Part shown: one piece after another, positions 44,570-58,203 of the stretch
Numbering within the stretch: position 1 is the first letter of the stretch
Layout: every line of letters starts with the position of its first letter
Origin: Eledone cirrhosa
Taxonomy: Eukaryota
Assembly: GCA_964016885.1 (NCBI GenBank)
Contig: OZ024751.1
Location: forward strand, 9,548,001-9,612,000
DNA length: 64,000 nt
Direction: 5' to 3'
The notes under the pieces: generated by a model
The model's database searches: none
What the model was told of the DNA's origin: nothing
The model's input: the letters and a program-made list of their open reading frames with translations, nothing else
Program-made: the position numbers and the translations under genes

Positions 44570-45186
44570 CAATTCTTCTTTTTCTGATGAAGTGCAATAA
44601 TTTATTACGTAATGCATGCGATTGCGCATGGTATTTGCAGTCTGCGCATATAGACGTATATTGTAGAGGTACATATGTTAAGGAATGAACTCTCAATAAA
44701 TTTCTCCTATATAGTTATTCCTGTTTTTTCCTGGAACCATACCCATTATCTGATAGATAGATAGATGTGTGTGTGTGTGTGTGTGCATTCACTCGTTGTT
44801 TTATATATGTATTTATCATATTGACAGTGTATTAAAAATTTATATTACGATTCGGTAGTCAGTCATCTTACCTGTCGCACTGTTTATTTTGATTTGTTTT
44901 TCCTTTGTAATTGTGTATGTATATATTCCTATATCCCATTATTGAAAGATCGTCCCTCCCGCTTCGTTGTATTCCAATGGCGCGTGAATGTGTATGACTA
45001 TGTGTGAATGTGTATGTGTATGCTTGTGATTCTGTTTTTGTGTATGTGTGAGCATGTGTGTTTGTGCATGTGAGTGTGTTTGGGTAATTTGTTTCTGTGT
45101 GTGTGAGTGTGTTTGTGTGCTTCTGTTTGTGTGTGTGCGTGCGTGCGTGTGTATTTGTGCGCATGTGACTGTGCTTGTGTGCATGT

Positions 45187-45266
<80 letters not shown>

Positions 45267-45900
45267 ATGTAAACGTGTTTCTGTGGTTGTGTTTGTGTGT
45301 TCTTGAGTGTGGGTTGAGTTTGTCTGTGAGTTTGTGTGTGTCATTGTGTGCTTGTGAGTGTGTTTCTGTGTATATGTGTACATGTGAGTGTCTGTATACT
45401 TGTTTCTCTGCGTGTGTGTATGTGTGTGTGAATGTGTTTATGTGCTTCTGTCTGTGTGTATGTGTGTTGAGTGTTTCATTGCTATTGTTGCATATTTTGG
45501 CATACAACTCAATAGTGACCTCACGCAGTGATCTGCAATTGGAACAGCATCAAGTCCACAGATCTACGTGGTAATTCATTATTGGCACCAACCTAGCAAA
45601 ATATGTTTGTTTGTTTTGAAGAATATTTCTCTTTTTTCGATGAATGTCAATAACTTCGATGTTATGCTGATAAGGCACTAGAAAATACCATTATTAATTT
45701 GTTCGGAGAATTTCATACGAAATTTTAATGTTTAAAACACTTGACATTTATAAAAAGGTATGTGTATGGACACACGTACATACATATAAAAATACATGAA
45801 TATATATATGTATATATATAAATATATGTGTGTGTATGTTTGTGCGTGTGTATATATATATATATATATATATGTGTGTATATATATATAGAGAGAGAGA

Positions 45901-46412
45901 GAATTTATATCTAGTAACATATATATACATACAGATGCATATCAATGCTAGCAAATATATAGGTTTTGTCTTAGTAACATTGTGGTTCAATGCATGGGGT
46001 TGCAGAACAAAAATATGAGAAACGTAAAATAAGAAAATTATAAAATTAACTTACTTACTAAAACATCACTTCCAACTAATTAGTTTCTGGAATGGAGTAA
46101 ATATATTTTCCGAAGAATATACAGAAAAGCATTCCGTCGTCAGGGAAGTCTATTTTCATCCAAGTTACCAGGCAAAGCGAGGACTCTGGAAACTTATTAA
46201 AAAATAATTCAGTGGATAGGAAATAGCAAAGCGTGGACTGAATTCCTAGCCATTGAGAAAATCATTGCCTCTACTGCTGTGGCAAATTCAAAAAGAATCA
46301 ATCACGTGACATCGAGGTCAATCAGTGGAAAGTGGTTTGCTAATAAGACAGCGGCCTGCCTACTACCATAGCAGCAGTCATGGCCAATATTGCTCGACAA
46401 ATAATTTGGAGA

Positions 46413-46415
<3 letters not shown>
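45901..46415 (-). mobile_element. Hammerhead-bearing element family B, copy 2 (longer at its 5' side)
   Basis: Reverse-complement match to 39212-39625; flanked by (TA/GA)n and (TA)n. Confidence 0.8.
46068..46149 (-). ncRNA. Type I hammerhead motif (family B copy 2, intact)
   Basis: Minus strand: acttcc-CTGACGA-c ggaatg...cattcc a-GAAA-ctaattaGTT-ggaagt; perfect 6-bp stem I and 8-nt palindromic stem III. Confidence 0.8.
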
Positions 46416-46473
<58 letters not shown>

Positions 46474-46474
46474 G

Positions 46475-46588
<114 letters not shown>

Positions 46589-46590
46589 TA

Positions 46591-47181
46591 CATCCACCCC
46601 TCCACCATATCCCTCCACCGCACCATCCTCCGCCTCTTCCGACGCCTCCAGTCCGACGCCTCCACCTCCTACATCTTCCCATCCCCACCACTCCCCACCG
46701 TCAAACGCGTAGGCAATCTCCGCACCCTCCTCGTCCGCAGCTCCCTACCCCCACGCTCCCCCCCAGTTCCCTTCCCTATTCCAGGCCTCGTTGCAACACC
46801 CGCCCCCACATCACCAACACCACCACCTTCTAGGGTCCCAACGGCCACTTTCTCTCTGTCCGGCACGCCTTCCGCTGCACCTCCTCCAACCTAGTCTATG
46901 GACTTCGCTGCACGGAGTGCAGCGCAACCTACCTCGGACAGTCTGGACGTCGCCTGGCGGACCGCTTCACCGAACACCTCCGGGATATTCGTCTCGGCGG
47001 GAGTTCCCCCATCGCCCGCCACTTTGGCTCTCCTGGACATTCCGCGCCCCATCTCACAGTCTGTGGCCTACTCCAATCCCACGGTACACCTGCCACCCGC
47101 CTCAGAGTCGAACAACGCACCATCTTCACCCTACAGACCCACACTCCCCCCGGCCTGAACTTCCCACCCCTATTCCTTTAG
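46591..47181 (+). pseudogene. PLE linker plus GIY-YIG endonuclease (one frameshift, one stop)
   Basis: Manual translation: ..[15 protein letters not shown]/..[78 protein letters not shown]. The GIY-YIG frame is not in the ORF track. Confidence 0.9.
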
Positions 47182-48559
47182 CCTTCAACCGCCCTGTCCC
47201 CCCACATATACCCCACTAACACACTCCTCCTTTTCACCGCCCACCCCCTTGTCCCATCCCACAACTAACAATACTATCATCCCCACCCCTCCCCTATCAC
47301 GCACACACCCACCGGTACATATATACACGCACGCACACTATCCACACACCCTACTACCACCACTAACCCTCACCCACACATCGACCCCAACCACCCCACA
47401 ACTAATACCACTAACATCCCTCCGACCCCACGCACACGAACACACACACCCACCCACACCCACTTACACCACCCACTCTACACACCCTACCACCACTGAC
47501 CTCCGCTAACACACCCGCATTCAACCCGTTCCCCACCCCCAGTATACTAACACCCACTAACACCCCCTTCACCGCACTCACACTCATCCAAACACACACA
47601 CACACACCAGTACACCTCACTTCTTCCACCGACCCCCACACCTTTTCTCTCCCCGCTCCACCGACACCCCTTCACACACACACACATCCCACTAACACTT
47701 CTACAAATACACACCCCATCCCCCGCATGACCCCTCCCCACACCACCTTTCACACCTACCCATGCTCTCCCCTGTCCACCGCACCTCCGCACACACTGAC
47801 ACACTGACTTTCTCCACCTGCCATTCTCCTCTACTGCTGCTATGCCTTCTCCTGCCTTGACCCTCTGACCACTTCTCCGCACACACAGACACACAGTCCT
47901 CTCCACCTGTCATTCTCCTCTACCCTCATCCTGCCTTGACCCTCTGACCACTTCCTGTTGCGCGCGCACCCCACATCTCCCTTCTTCCGACTACCACAAG
48001 CACGGATTACACACCATTGGCCATCGTTCCCACTATCCACTCCATAACATGGAAACAAATTTATTTTCGAACCACGCCATCTACATCCACAAGCGTATAA
48101 AGACCACCACAAACGTGCGTACCTCCACATACATACATACTAAGCCTACGGAATCCTCTCTCCCCTCCCGTACCCCTCAGACACCTCCCCATCCACACGC
48201 ACACACACCGACCTACACCCCACCACACACACACACCTTTTCCTGAACACGGAACCTCGTTCTACCCCCAACCCTCACATTCACATACACACACACACGT
48301 ACACCTACACACATACACCACCTTCAGCCCTCCCCGCTCGGACACCCCCTCCCTCTCCCCACTCCACCCGCCGCCACCCCTACACGTCCCACACCCTCCA
48401 CCACTTGTTTATCTTCATGTTTATTTTTATTTTTATTTATTTTTATTTTTATATTTACCCCTTCCACCGTTTTTCCTCCTTTTTCCCTCCTTTTTTCTGA
48501 ATGTCTCTCCTCCACTCCCCTACACACCCTCGGAATTTATCTTCCCACCCACTTTTCTC

Positions 48560-48587
48560 CTGAAGAAGGGCTTATGACCGAAACGTC
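48560..48587 (+). ncRNA. Minimal hammerhead core at the PLE 3' end (stem I decayed)
   Basis: CTGAAGA-agggcttatgacc-GAAA-cGTC; palindromic acgt stem III. Confidence 0.7.
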
Positions 48588-48680
48588 GTTCCCCACCCCC
48601 ACCCCACACTCTCAAGAGCGTGAAACTAATAAGCCTTTGTTTGTACTGCCTCTCTGTTTTGTTTCCGTTTCATTTTTCAC

Positions 48681-48712
<32 letters not shown>

Positions 48713-48736
48713 ATATATAATTATATATGTGTGTGA

Positions 48737-48792
<56 letters not shown>

Positions 48793-48846
48793 ATATACAT
48801 ATATATATATATATGCGTATATATATACATATATATATATACACTC

Positions 48847-48899
<53 letters not shown>

Positions 48900-48920
48900 T
48901 ATATACATATATGTACACAC

Positions 48921-48969
<49 letters not shown>

Positions 48970-48986
48970 CACATATATATATATAT

Positions 48987-49079
<93 letters not shown>

Positions 49080-49096
49080 CACATATATATATATAT

Positions 49097-49177
<81 letters not shown>
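48681..49177. repeat. (TA)n/(CA)n tract separating two tail-to-tail PLEs
   Basis: Direct reading. Confidence 0.95.
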
Positions 49178-49181
<4 letters not shown>

Positions 49182-49189
49182 AAAAAGGA

Positions 49190-49711
49190 AAAGAATTTCT
49201 TCTCTTCTAGTTCTAAACAATTTAATTTTCTATTATAATTTTACAATTCGGTTTTGTAGATCTAGTAAGTTCTTTGTTAACTTGGCTGGGGAGACTTTTT
49301 AAAGATACCTGACACTTTCGTCGGTGGCAATTGTCAAACTGATCTGAGGCTCTGTTATATGTAACTCTGTATGTAAGATATCTGCGTGTGTCTGTGGTGA
49401 GGTTTGTTAATGAATGTGAGAGTGAAGGAGTGTTCAAGCATATGTATACACACAAGCTGGAAGAGAATAGTGAATGGTAAGAGCAAATTAGTTTTGGAAT
49501 ATTTGTTGATAAAAATGTATGTTGTTGATATTGGTTTGGGAGAGGTAGGTGGGCGGAACATGCTATCTCTCATATTTACTTCCCTACATATAAACATACA
49601 TATAGACCATTTACATACTCTAGTCCATGCATACCCATATATTTACACATCCACATGCACTCACACATATATACTTATATATACATACATATACACATAT
49701 CCACATATATA

Positions 49712-49748
<37 letters not shown>

Positions 49749-52480
49749 TATATACATATATACATATACATATCCACATATATATGCATATATATATATA
49801 TACACAGACATGCCTACATACACACATATACATAGATATGTATACACACATATGTATAATACCTACTCAAGTATTTAAGTTCACATATACATTAGTAGGG
49901 GATTAGTGAAATGGAAATATACCTCCGAGGGTTGTTCTCTTCAACGATTGAATGTTTGAAAGTGTCATTCACTTCTATTTGGATATTTTTCTTTTATCTA
50001 TAAACAATTTTTTTTTAAATATGGAATTCCGTTAATGGTGAGCAGTTTTTTTTTTCTGGTTGGGTGATTGGCGTCTACTATATATTATTTGTGAGTCTTT
50101 TATGAGTGCATTCATTTGGGGGGGGGGGGGACTGCTGGAAAATCGGGAGATATTGTTTAGCGGCTTTCACGATGTTGAAGTTCTTTGGGTTGTGAGTGAC
50201 GACAAAATGGATAACTGTCTTTTCCCTTTTATTTTGTTGGTTTCCTTTTCTCAGTGTTGTCACTGGGATGTTCTGGGTCTTAGAGATGGCCGTATTGATG
50301 AGATTCACCCGATATTCTTGTCTTTTAAGGAACCCTTTTAGTTCATATAATCTTTTTTTCCTGTAGTGTGCGGTGTGTTACTATGGCGCAGATGCATCTT
50401 GTTATGTTAAAGGGGATGTTCCTTTTGCTATATGATGGGTGTGCTTATCTGTTGGTTTATAAAATAGGTCTGTTTTTATATTTTCCCCTTCTTTAATGAT
50501 AAGGATATCCAAAAATGGTAGTTCCTTTGTATTACATTACATGGTAAATTGTATGGCTTCCTGAAGTCTGCTTATGATGGAATGGAGTCTTTGCAGGTTT
50601 TCTTGCCTTCTATTCCAGAAGGTTAAGCAGTCGTCTAGGTAGCGTTTCGACTTCTGATTAATGTAGGTGGCGAAGTCGTGACTGGGCGTTTCCTGCAGCT
50701 GGGAATATAATTTTGCTTCTAAGTGACCCATAACGTGTGTTGCATATGTTGGGGCCACTTTGGTGCTCATGGCCGTTCCTCCTATTTGTAAATGCAGTTC
50801 GTTATCAAAGAGGAAGTGTTGTCCTCCAATACTAATTTGATTCCTTCCAAAATAAACTCTCTTAGGAATTTCTCTGAAATGGAATTTCAACACCTTCTAT
50901 TCCTACGCCATGTGGGATGTTACTATATAAGCTTGTTACGTCAAAACTGACTAAGATTGTTTCTTGGTGTACGTTCTGGGGGATATTGTTCAGGAATTCC
51001 ATATCAGCTCTGATGAAGCTTGGCATTTTTTTACATAAGGATTTCAGTATGATATCTAATAGGTTACTTGGACGTTGTGTGCTTGAGGGTGGACCAACAA
51101 CAATTGGGTCCAATTTTAAATCTGTCGGTTTTGGTACTTCGATATATGATGTATTTTTGCCTATTGTATTATTTTGGATTTCTCTGGATTTGTGAATTTT
51201 CGGCAATCCACAAAAATTGACGGTTTTCATTTCAAATTTGATTAAGTAATTGATTTCCTTTAGCGTGAGGTTATTTTGGTCTTTTGTCAGTTTGTCTACT
51301 TGAATCATCGATTTTCTTTCTTTGCTTTTGCTAATTTTCCTGTAAAAACCCTCGTCATTCAACTGTTCTAGGACCATATCCTAGTAGTTGTTTTTGTCCA
51401 TGATGACGATTGCTCCACCTTTGTCCGCTTATTTTATGATTATTGAGGAGTCGTTTTGTAGCTTGTTAAGTGCTAGCAGTTGGTATGTATGAATGTTGCG
51501 TTTGTGTTTCGTCTCTGTAATATTTGACTGTGCCGATCGTCGTAGGCAGATTATGTATTCTTCCAGGTGTTTGTCTCTATTTAACGGGGGTTTGAAGTTC
51601 ATTTTGTTTTTTACTAGTGATGCTTCATCGTATTCTACACCCTGGAAGAATTCTCCTAGACGCAATTTTCTACAAAAATCTTCTGTCTTTTATAATTTCT
51701 TGGCCGATATGTTGATTATTTTTTTGTTCCTTAGTCTTTTTCTCGTCAAGTGCCACCTGAAGGATGGTGTATTTTTCTTTTTTTTTCGTTCATTTGGTGG
51801 GAAGAACCTTGTCCTAAAAAATAATTCCCATTTGAGATAGGGGTGTTTTTGTTGTGCACCAATATTCTGTTCGCTGGTATTTTGTGTTGATAATTTTCTG
51901 AACAATAGAATCTTGTTTGGTAGTTGATATATGGGGTTCTGGTTCTTCTGTTATTCCGTTCGGTCTTCATGCGTCTTTTATTTTGCCTCTGGTAATTGTT
52001 CTTGGGGTTTTGACAGTAGTTGTATCTGGTTCTGGTGTTTGGTATTTGGTCTGTGTATAATTGTGTGTTTAAGATTCTCCGATATATGGCTGATGTTTGT
52101 TTATTGCGTGAGAATTCCTCATTTCTTGTGTTTTTTTTTATTTTCCTGAATTTAAGGGTTTCTTACGGGCTTGATCTCTGGTTTTTATTTGATCTTTCCC
52201 ATAGTTCTTTTCATATTCTTGTAGCCATTGTGTTCTTGAGTCCAAGATTTTATTTTATTTTAATTCCTCTCTAGTTGTATCGGTCTTCCATAGGTCAAAG
52301 AGTTTTTGACGCACATTGGCGCTGTTTCTTTTGTTTGTTTCTTCTCGAATGGTGGTGTCGCACTTTTCAAATTATTCTTTGAATGTTGGCACTCTAAGTT
52401 GGACTGGGAGGATTTCTGTCTCAAGTTTAAGGAGTGCTAGATTCAATCTTATTTTGGTTTCTTCGTTTGTTTCAAACTCC
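49190..52480 (-). mobile_element. Decayed Penelope-like element, RT-containing, endonuclease largely deleted
   Basis: RT remnants below; decayed hammerhead near the 3' end (49307-49350, minus: gcct-cagatca..gac-GAAA-gtGTC-aggt); inversion junction near 52480. Confidence 0.85.
50040..51690 (-). pseudogene. PLE reverse transcriptase (stops and frameshifts)
   Basis: IIIK*ADKGGAIVIMD..FCGLPKIHK..LDPIVVGP..VSFDVTSLYSNIPH..LQIGGTAMSTKVAPTYA..RYLDD..LPFLDI..YKPTD..VVTHNP..SRRQSPN are Penelope-type RT motifs. Confidence 0.92.
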
Positions 52481-52796
52481 AGCCAAACGAACTCCAACCA
52501 AACGAACTCCAACCAAAATTAAATAGTAAACATGAGTGGAATAGCAACATCACAACAAGTAATTAAGGACGAAATGAAGACACACAGACACACACAAAAG
52601 CCAACCTATCAAAAAAAAATCAGACACACAGAGTTAGAACAAACAACCAACTAGTGACAAATAAATAAACACATAAATAAACAAATAAACACACACACAC
52701 ACACCTGGGTGTAACGCATGTGCAAACTAAGCACAACACACAAAAACAAGATGGTGTAGGACAGAACAAAGGAGAGACACATAAAATAAAAACCTA

Positions 52797-52839
52797 GCCA
52801 CTGAGGAGGTCACAGAATGTGTGACGAAAGAGCTTTGAC
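52797..52839 (+). ncRNA. Hammerhead motif in the inverted pseudo-LTR upstream of the minus-strand PLE
   Basis: gcca-CTGAGGA-g gtcaca gaatg tgtgac-GAAA-gagCTT-tgac; 6-bp stem II, single mismatches in stems I and III. Confidence 0.65.
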
Positions 52840-52898
52840 AATATATAAACAACCTTCCGGTTATCGAACCAACCAACCAACCGAAAATGTATAATAAA

Positions 52899-53511
<613 letters not shown>

Positions 53512-54353
53512 TTGAAGTGAAAACCAACAGGTGCGTGTGTTTTTAATGGCAACATGACCCTCCCAAAGAATAACAATATCTGTTTCAACACACGTTTTCA
53601 ATTAAGAAATCTCGCAAAACAAATTGAAAAACGAATATGTATATATATATATATATATATAGTAATAATAATAAATGTGAATACTAAAATCCGAAGACAG
53701 CTCGATAAGGATAAATACATATCCAATATATAGTAACCATAGAGCAATAAATATATATATATATATACAAATATAAATTTAGCGAGAATCGCATTTCGGC
53801 GGGTAGAAATTAGCGAAGCGAAACTTCCATATTGTGCAGACAAGCGCTCCATGTTTATGAAGTAGAAGATACCAGAGCTATAAACATAAGTTAAAATGGT
53901 CATACACGCTGAGACGATGGTTAAGAAGCCATTAACCACCATAGCCAAAAAAGCGAACAAGCTAAACGAGTTAAACAAAAGGAGATATGATTGAAATATT
54001 TACCCGGACCTTCGGGGAAGATGGAATACTCCGAAATTGGGTTGCTGCAACACCTAAATCAATAATACTGTCTGCTTATAAAAAATAAGCTTTTGGTATA
54101 ATGATCGAACAAGGCATCGCTTTCTCAACGGGTTTGTGTTCTTCTTGCGCCAGAATCTCGCAGGTTATGAAAGCACATGCGAGATTCTAAGGGTAGAAAA
54201 CCCCTATTTTGGCCAATGAATTCAACATGTGTAGTTATTGCAAAAATTTGCATATATATATATATATATCAAATATTGAGTTATAAACTCGAAAGAGTCT
54301 TTTACAATTAAATAGCTCAAAGAAGGGAATATTTCTGAGCCGTGTAATACAAA

Positions 54354-54615
54354 TGAATATATGAGGGATGAACATCTATAGAATTATAGAAGTGTTCGGA
54401 TTGCAAATGACTAAGTTAGCTAGGTTGAAAAAATAATAAATTAACATAATATGGTTTGCCTTTCTCGATTTAAAATAATAAATCAATAAAAATAACAAAC
54501 CTATATTGGCAATGGCCTTAATACCTGGACAAAGTTTAAATCTGTTTGACAATAGCTAACTTGGTCATTTGCAACACTTCTATAATTGTATAGATGTTCA
54601 TCCCTCATATATTCA
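54354..54615. repeat. Inverted repeat, ~65-bp arms (54354-54422 / 54553-54615), ~130-bp spacer
   Basis: tgaatatatgagggatgaacatctata..tgcaaatgactaagttagcta and its reverse complement. Confidence 0.85.
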
Positions 54616-54942
54616 GTGAAAATCCGCCTCTTCATTGCTGTAGTGAAGTCTGTGCTGCTGTACGAGTCTGAGACTTGAACACTGACTCAGATGGTGGATG
54701 GGTGCTACACGAGAATACTGAGGATGGCTCTGAACATTAATCAGTATACACTGAGAATGAAAACCTCAAAGCTGTATGGGAGCCTCCCAAACGTCAGATC
54801 AAAAGTGACACAGCGGAGACTGAGGTTAGCTGGACATGCTCACCGACATCCAGAGTTGACGCTGCACTCAGTGCTCCTGTGGGAGCCCCTACATGGATAC
54901 ACTGGAAGAGGAAGACCAAGGTTAACGTATGTTGATGCTCTT
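54616..54942 (+). mobile_element. RTE-clade LINE RT C-terminal fragment
   Basis: [70 protein letters not shown]. Confidence 0.9.
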
Positions 54943-54946
54943 AACA

Positions 54947-55049
<103 letters not shown>

Positions 55050-55079
55050 ATGTATGTATATGTACGTATATATGCATAC

Positions 55080-55173
<94 letters not shown>

Positions 55174-55474
55174 CTGTATGTAAATGTATGTATATGTACG
55201 TATGGGTATGTATATGTGTATATATATATGCGTGTAGGTGTATGCGTGCATGTATAGGTGTGTATATGCATGTATATTATTATTAATATTTATATATGTG
55301 TGTGTGTGTGTGCGTATATTTCGGTGTGCGTATGTATATGTATGCGTATGTATGCGTCGGCGCATACTTAAGCACTGGCCTACATCTTTTACTATTTTAA
55401 TAACCTCTGTCATTTTCGTTTAACAACTTTATTTACAATATTCTTAAACTCCGGATCTGAGAATCATCCGGTTA

Positions 55475-55760
55475 TCTATACATATATATAGAACTGAAGT
55501 TGCCTGTGTGTGTGTGTGTCCTAATTTTGGCAAAGTCTATACAAATCCACATTTCTACTCTGATTAACTTGAAACTTGCATTTATATATTTCTTGCTGTC
55601 TAAAGATATTAACCGCAGCTTTTATTTTTCAATTTTCTGATGTTAAAGGCATTTTTTTCACTAAAACTTTAAGCCCTTTTTGTCAGTTAGTTCGGCATTT
55701 TGTCTACAATGTTCATGATAGAACTCTTTAGTATTTTGAAGAGTTACCTCTCTTTATAGA
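55475..55760 (+). mobile_element. Probable 5' part of a Helitron related to 12953-13453
   Basis: A|TCtatacatatatatagaactgaagttg then (TG)n, compared with TCtctatatataaaactgaggatg then (TG)n; 3' end not located. Confidence 0.5.
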
Positions 55761-56289
55761 CTATATTATCCCTACTTAAACGTACATCCCTTGAAATTGT
55801 TGACGGTGACCTCAATAATAACTCTGAAGCGTTCGGCATCCGATATAACAGTTCGGTCTATATCAGATTGGGTAGATTTTTGTAACCTTAAAAGTAACCA
55901 ACTAAATTCCTTTATGCTCTCCACCACTGCAGTCCCACATGCTTACTGCTCTGTAACTATTGCTTTCATTGTACCATAGCACAACAAATACATGGTCGGT
56001 TTTTAGAATGCCTTTTTACTTAACCCTATCGTCTTGGCTTTCGTGGGTTGAACATTTAAGGAGGGATAAACATGCCAATCTATGTTTAGAAGCCTGATCA
56101 ACGCCGGGCCATTTTGCTAGTTCTAAATAGAATTTTAGTCTAATGACTCCATTTATACTGTAAACGTCTTTTTGTCTTTGCGTGAAATTGTTCTCACGCT
56201 CCACATAACGACATAATTCCGTCACGAACCAAAGTATCGTCTTCATGTTTTTCCTTCGGCTGCAACTTTTTCTGAAATATTTTTTTTAA

Positions 56290-56780
56290 AACTCATTTGT
56301 ATGAAAATTTAGTATAATGTTTTTTTTAAAAGCAAGCTACAATAATTATTTATTTACAATAGTTTATAACTTTGCCTATTAATCCGTATGGTGAGCAAAT
56401 GGGGTCCCACGTGCAGGCCGCTCCACAGGAAGGAGAAGGCTTTTCCCCGGAGGATGGTAAGGGAGATGCGCTAGAAGAGCCATTCCAGCTCGTGTGGCTC
56501 ACACCTGCGGCTGGCCAGCTCAGCTCCTATGGAGGTGAATAAGGAGGTAACCCTAGGGCCAAGGACACCAGAAGTCTCCACAACCAAGGGCACCACCGCG
56601 AACCTGTCGGAGAGCGACCGGTACTTGGAGAGTTTAACCTCCTCAGCCCGACGTGCAGCAGTACCTGGGTTAGTCGCAGACTGCACCAGGTTGCAGATGG
56701 AAAAAGTGTCGCTACAAGTGGCATCCCAGACGAGGGGTTTGCCACCGCGGAACGGGAAGATGGCCATACCGTCTGGGCGT
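56290..56780 (-). mobile_element. 3' fragment of an RLE-type (CRE-like) non-LTR retrotransposon
   Basis: KRPDGMAIFPFRGGKPLVWDATCSDT..KLSKYRSL..VPLVVETSGVLG..WLF*RISLTILRG is a PD-(D/E)xK restriction-like endonuclease domain, followed by an AT-rich 3' region. Confidence 0.8.
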
Positions 56781-56860
56781 TTACAGATTGATTTTTTTTT
56801 AGTTTCAGAATATCCCGTTAAGGGTGAAAGCAGCGATTCTTTGCTTAAACTTTAATCTGT

Positions 56861-56950
<90 letters not shown>

Positions 56951-57031
56951 ACAGATTAAAGTTTAAGCAAAGAATCGCTGCTTTCACCCTTAACGGGATA
57001 TTCTGAAACTAATAAATCAATCTGTGAACGC
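56777..57031. repeat. Palindrome centred on (TA)n; same arm sequence as 21780-21928; outer arms continue at 56222-56285 / 57035-57097
   Basis: Inner ~68-bp arms are exact reverse complements; outer arms are diverged and the left one is separated by the CRE-like fragment. Confidence 0.88.
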
Positions 57032-57225
57032 AGAAGTAAATATTTCGAAAAACGTTGCAGCCGAAAGAAAACAGGAAGCCGATACTTTGGTTCGTGAAGA
57101 CGTTCCCTGGCGATGAAAATGTTGAGTATGTGCTGGTTGTTTACCGATACCTCAGTATGCAGGCTGGAGCACTCGACGAAGTACGCAGGTTGGTTTGTTT
57201 ACTCCGGTATAATGTAAAATAATAT

Positions 57226-57502
57226 GCGTAATTCAAACATGTTAAAGTTGGCTTCGTTTATTCTAATTCGCTGCTATATATATTTCAGTGAAAGCCATTA
57301 TTGGCTGTGACCTCATCAGGCAGTAAGAATTAACGTATAAAAAACAGGTAAACATTTACAATTACAACACCATGTTTAACTGTTTTTTCTACATTAATTC
57401 TTACTGCCTAATGAGGTCACAATCAATAACAGCTGTCACTGAAATATATATAAGCAGCGAATTAGAATAAACGAAGCCAACTTTAACAGGTTTGACTTAC
57501 GC
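57226..57502. repeat. Imperfect palindrome, ~130-bp arms, 16-nt spacer, one hammerhead per arm
   Basis: Arms 57226-57355 and 57372-57502. Confidence 0.88.
57271..57323 (-). ncRNA. Minimal type I hammerhead motif (mirror copy 57404-57457 on + has CUAAUGA)
   Basis: Minus strand: ctgc-CTGATGA-ggtcacagccaataatggctttcact-GAAA-tatatATA-gcag. Confidence 0.72.
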
Positions 57503-57948
57503 TGGTTATGGGAAATACATTGGAGTTTAATTTTTCTTTGATTATATTGAGGCCCTGTTCATTTCATATTTCACCGACTCCTACCCCAGAGCTATATGTC
57601 TACTATTGAAATAAGTGTGTCAGCACTCTCTCTCACTGTGAATAACTCAACTCCATCGACTTGTCAACTTCTTCCATCTTATCTATTGAATTTACGGCTC
57701 GTATCTCGGTTAACGGATTTATGACCGAAACGACAGGTTAAAGTTGAGGAATTTGTCGCAAACCTTGCTACCACAGATTCGAGGTTTATCTCCGTCTAGA
57801 TGTAAGACGTTTAACAGTTTTTTTTTTGTTTCGTTTTTATTTTTGTTATTGTTATTTTTTTGTATACTTATTTTTTCACGTGACATGTGATTTATGACAT
57901 TTCTGAAATATATAATTTAAAAATTGCGCTATTTATTCTAAATTATAT

Positions 57949-57983
<35 letters not shown>

Positions 57984-58203
57984 TTAGCTTGTGTCAGACA
58001 CTCTGTCATGGGTTAGACCAGTCGTACGGTCGCTAGCGGTCGAAACTGCCAGATGTTTATCTGGACAGCTGAAGACTTTGAAGTTCTTTCTCTTTCGTTT
58101 GTATTTTTATTGTCAAAAAATATTGTTTAAGCTTTCCTATCAAAACATTTTTTCGTTTTGCTTAGTTTTCCTTCTTGTTAATGTTCCTAAGTTTATATAT
58201 ATA

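Larger units (their letters stand above)
46591..48680 (+). mobile_element. 5'-truncated Penelope-like element (Neptune-like): GIY-YIG endonuclease remnant, ~1.5-kb C-rich 3' region, terminal hammerhead; (TA)n on both sides
   Basis: See the GIY-YIG and hammerhead sub-features; sharp compositional boundaries at both TA tracts. Confidence 0.85.

Noticed and set aside
57700-57740. Possible hammerhead (cggtta..tgaccgaaacg)
   Set aside because: Only stem II plus GAAA; no core and no stem I.
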